A stretch of DNA of 64,000 bases from the human T2T-CHM13v2.0 reference genome, Homo sapiens. The position numbers were made by a program, and so were the translations under genes. The notes beneath the pieces are model-generated. The model was not told where the DNA came from. It worked only from the letters and a program-made list of their open reading frames with translations, and ran no database searches. Shown here one piece after another: positions 62,471 to 64,000 of the stretch. The stretch is from NCBI RefSeq assembly GCF_009914755.1, contig NC_060926.1; one strand, written 5' to 3'. The first letter of the stretch is position 1; each line of letters opens with the position of its first letter.

Positions 62471-64000
62471 AAAATAAATAATGGAAGTTAGAAAGACCAC
62501 CAACAGTCTAGCACCATATATAAGAGAGAATGGCCTTGATTTGAATCCTAAGTTCAATACTTACCAGCTGCGGGAAGAGACTCTGTTTTCTCATCTGTAA
62601 AAAAGAGGTAACAGTGTCTACTTGATGTAAGTGCTTATGAGGGTTAAATGAAAATGCATGGTGTCTGATATACAGCAGGTAAATAATTAAATGCATAGTG
62701 TCTAACATACAGTAACTGCATAACTAAATGCATAGTATTTGACACATCATAGGCACACAAATATAGTTCTTTCACCCAGTCTCCTTTAGACACTGAGTTC
62801 CTGGGGGGTGAGTGCAGTGCTTGCCGGGCATGGTGCTTGGCACATGGTGGGCCTTTAACAGATACTTATTAAAGGAATAAGGCAAGAGAACATCCCTCTG
62901 AATAACTGGAACCTTTTCCTTCTCCCTAATACTAAGGATTATGCAACTGTGTGGCCCATTCTTCCTTTGACACTAGGAACATTTTAGCTAACTGAATTTG
63001 AATTTCAGCTATAACAATTAGTTGGCCTTCCTAGACTACACATCTATGCTCCTCTGTATCTAATCGTGACTCTCTACTCCTAGTTTTCTCAGGCCTAATT
63101 CTCTACTTCTTTGTTTTTGTTTTCCCAGCATCATTTTGTTGTAAGTATCCCTGCTATAAGCCATCTTTGTGGAAAGAGATGGCGCAAAAACAGACGAGTA
63201 GACAAACCAAATGCTTTATAAAAAAGCCATCGAAGACACGTCAAGGAAGCCACTTTCCACCATTTATTAAATAAATTCTTTCCCAGGCCGGTCTGAGTCG
63301 CACCCAGACTTTACATCAGGCTTTGTTCCAGGTGGGTGGGGGTGCCAAAGGGAATACTGCGGCCTGAAAGACATCCAAGGAAAAAGGCTTCTTTTAGAGG
63401 CAAGTCCACATTACACAGTTGGCAATGCTAAGCTGAACGTCCTCCCAGCTTCCAGGGGGAAATGAAAGACATTCCCCCCATAGCTTTGCTTTCAAGCTCT
63501 TACAGCTGGCAGGGCAGGAGAGCCAAGTTCCGCCTTTTCAATGCAGGTTGTCACTTGGGTGCCAGGATCTGCTGATCAATTAGCCAAACATCCAACGTGA
63601 GAAAAAGGCCCAGCACACATCTTTTTGCTTAACTGTCATTAAATGCTCCATTTAACCCCAAAGAACCTGACTTTCTCTTTTTTTCATCTGCTATAGCCCA
63701 AGAACACCATTACTAAAGAATTTTTCTTGAAAAATTACAAAGGGAAGCAAAAGAAAGAAACATGATTTCTGAGCAGACCTCTCCTTCGCAGTTCTGCACC
63801 TGAGGCTCTTTGTTCTTCATGGGATCTGAGGTCTGGGAGGGAACTTGGGGATTCTCGAGAGTCACCTCATTGTACAGATTGAGAAGCAGATGCCCTGAGA
63901 GGTACAGTGACTCACCCAAAGTCACACAGCTGGTTAAGGGCAAGGGGAGGGCTAGACCCACATCTCCTGACTTTTAATTCACTCACTAAACCACATGCTT

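Overview
Human (primate) genomic DNA, intergenic/intronic in character and dominated by Alu, L1, L2/MIR, LTR and DNA-transposon relics. The only protein-coding gene is TMEM177 (+ strand; CpG-island promoter and short 5' exon at ~18.5-18.9 kb, single coding exon 20491-21426, 311 aa, AATAAA at 21735). From memory this is 2q14.2 between CFAP221 and PTPN4; no exon of either neighbour was recognised. Also present: a 5'-truncated L1PA (4070-8075), a processed RPL17 pseudogene (38601-40222) split by an Alu and by a MaLR LTR that itself contains an ERV1 LTR, and a 33-nt U2 snRNA retrocopy (59321-59353). Nearly all other supplied ORFs are repeat artefacts. There is no CRISPR array or prokaryotic-type system. 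The best leads are hypotheses, not established facts: (1) TMEM177 carries a degenerate M48 metalloprotease motif set, suggesting a pseudoprotease; (2) a five-unit TCF/LEF-site + (GT)n array about 0.5 kb upstream of the promoter, apparently grown from an Alu target-site duplication (TSD) and tail; (3) tandem splice acceptors that would switch an exon-1 ATG between a uORF and an in-frame N-terminal extension. Repeat subfamily names come from recalled consensus sequences and boundaries are approximate unless a TSD is quoted.
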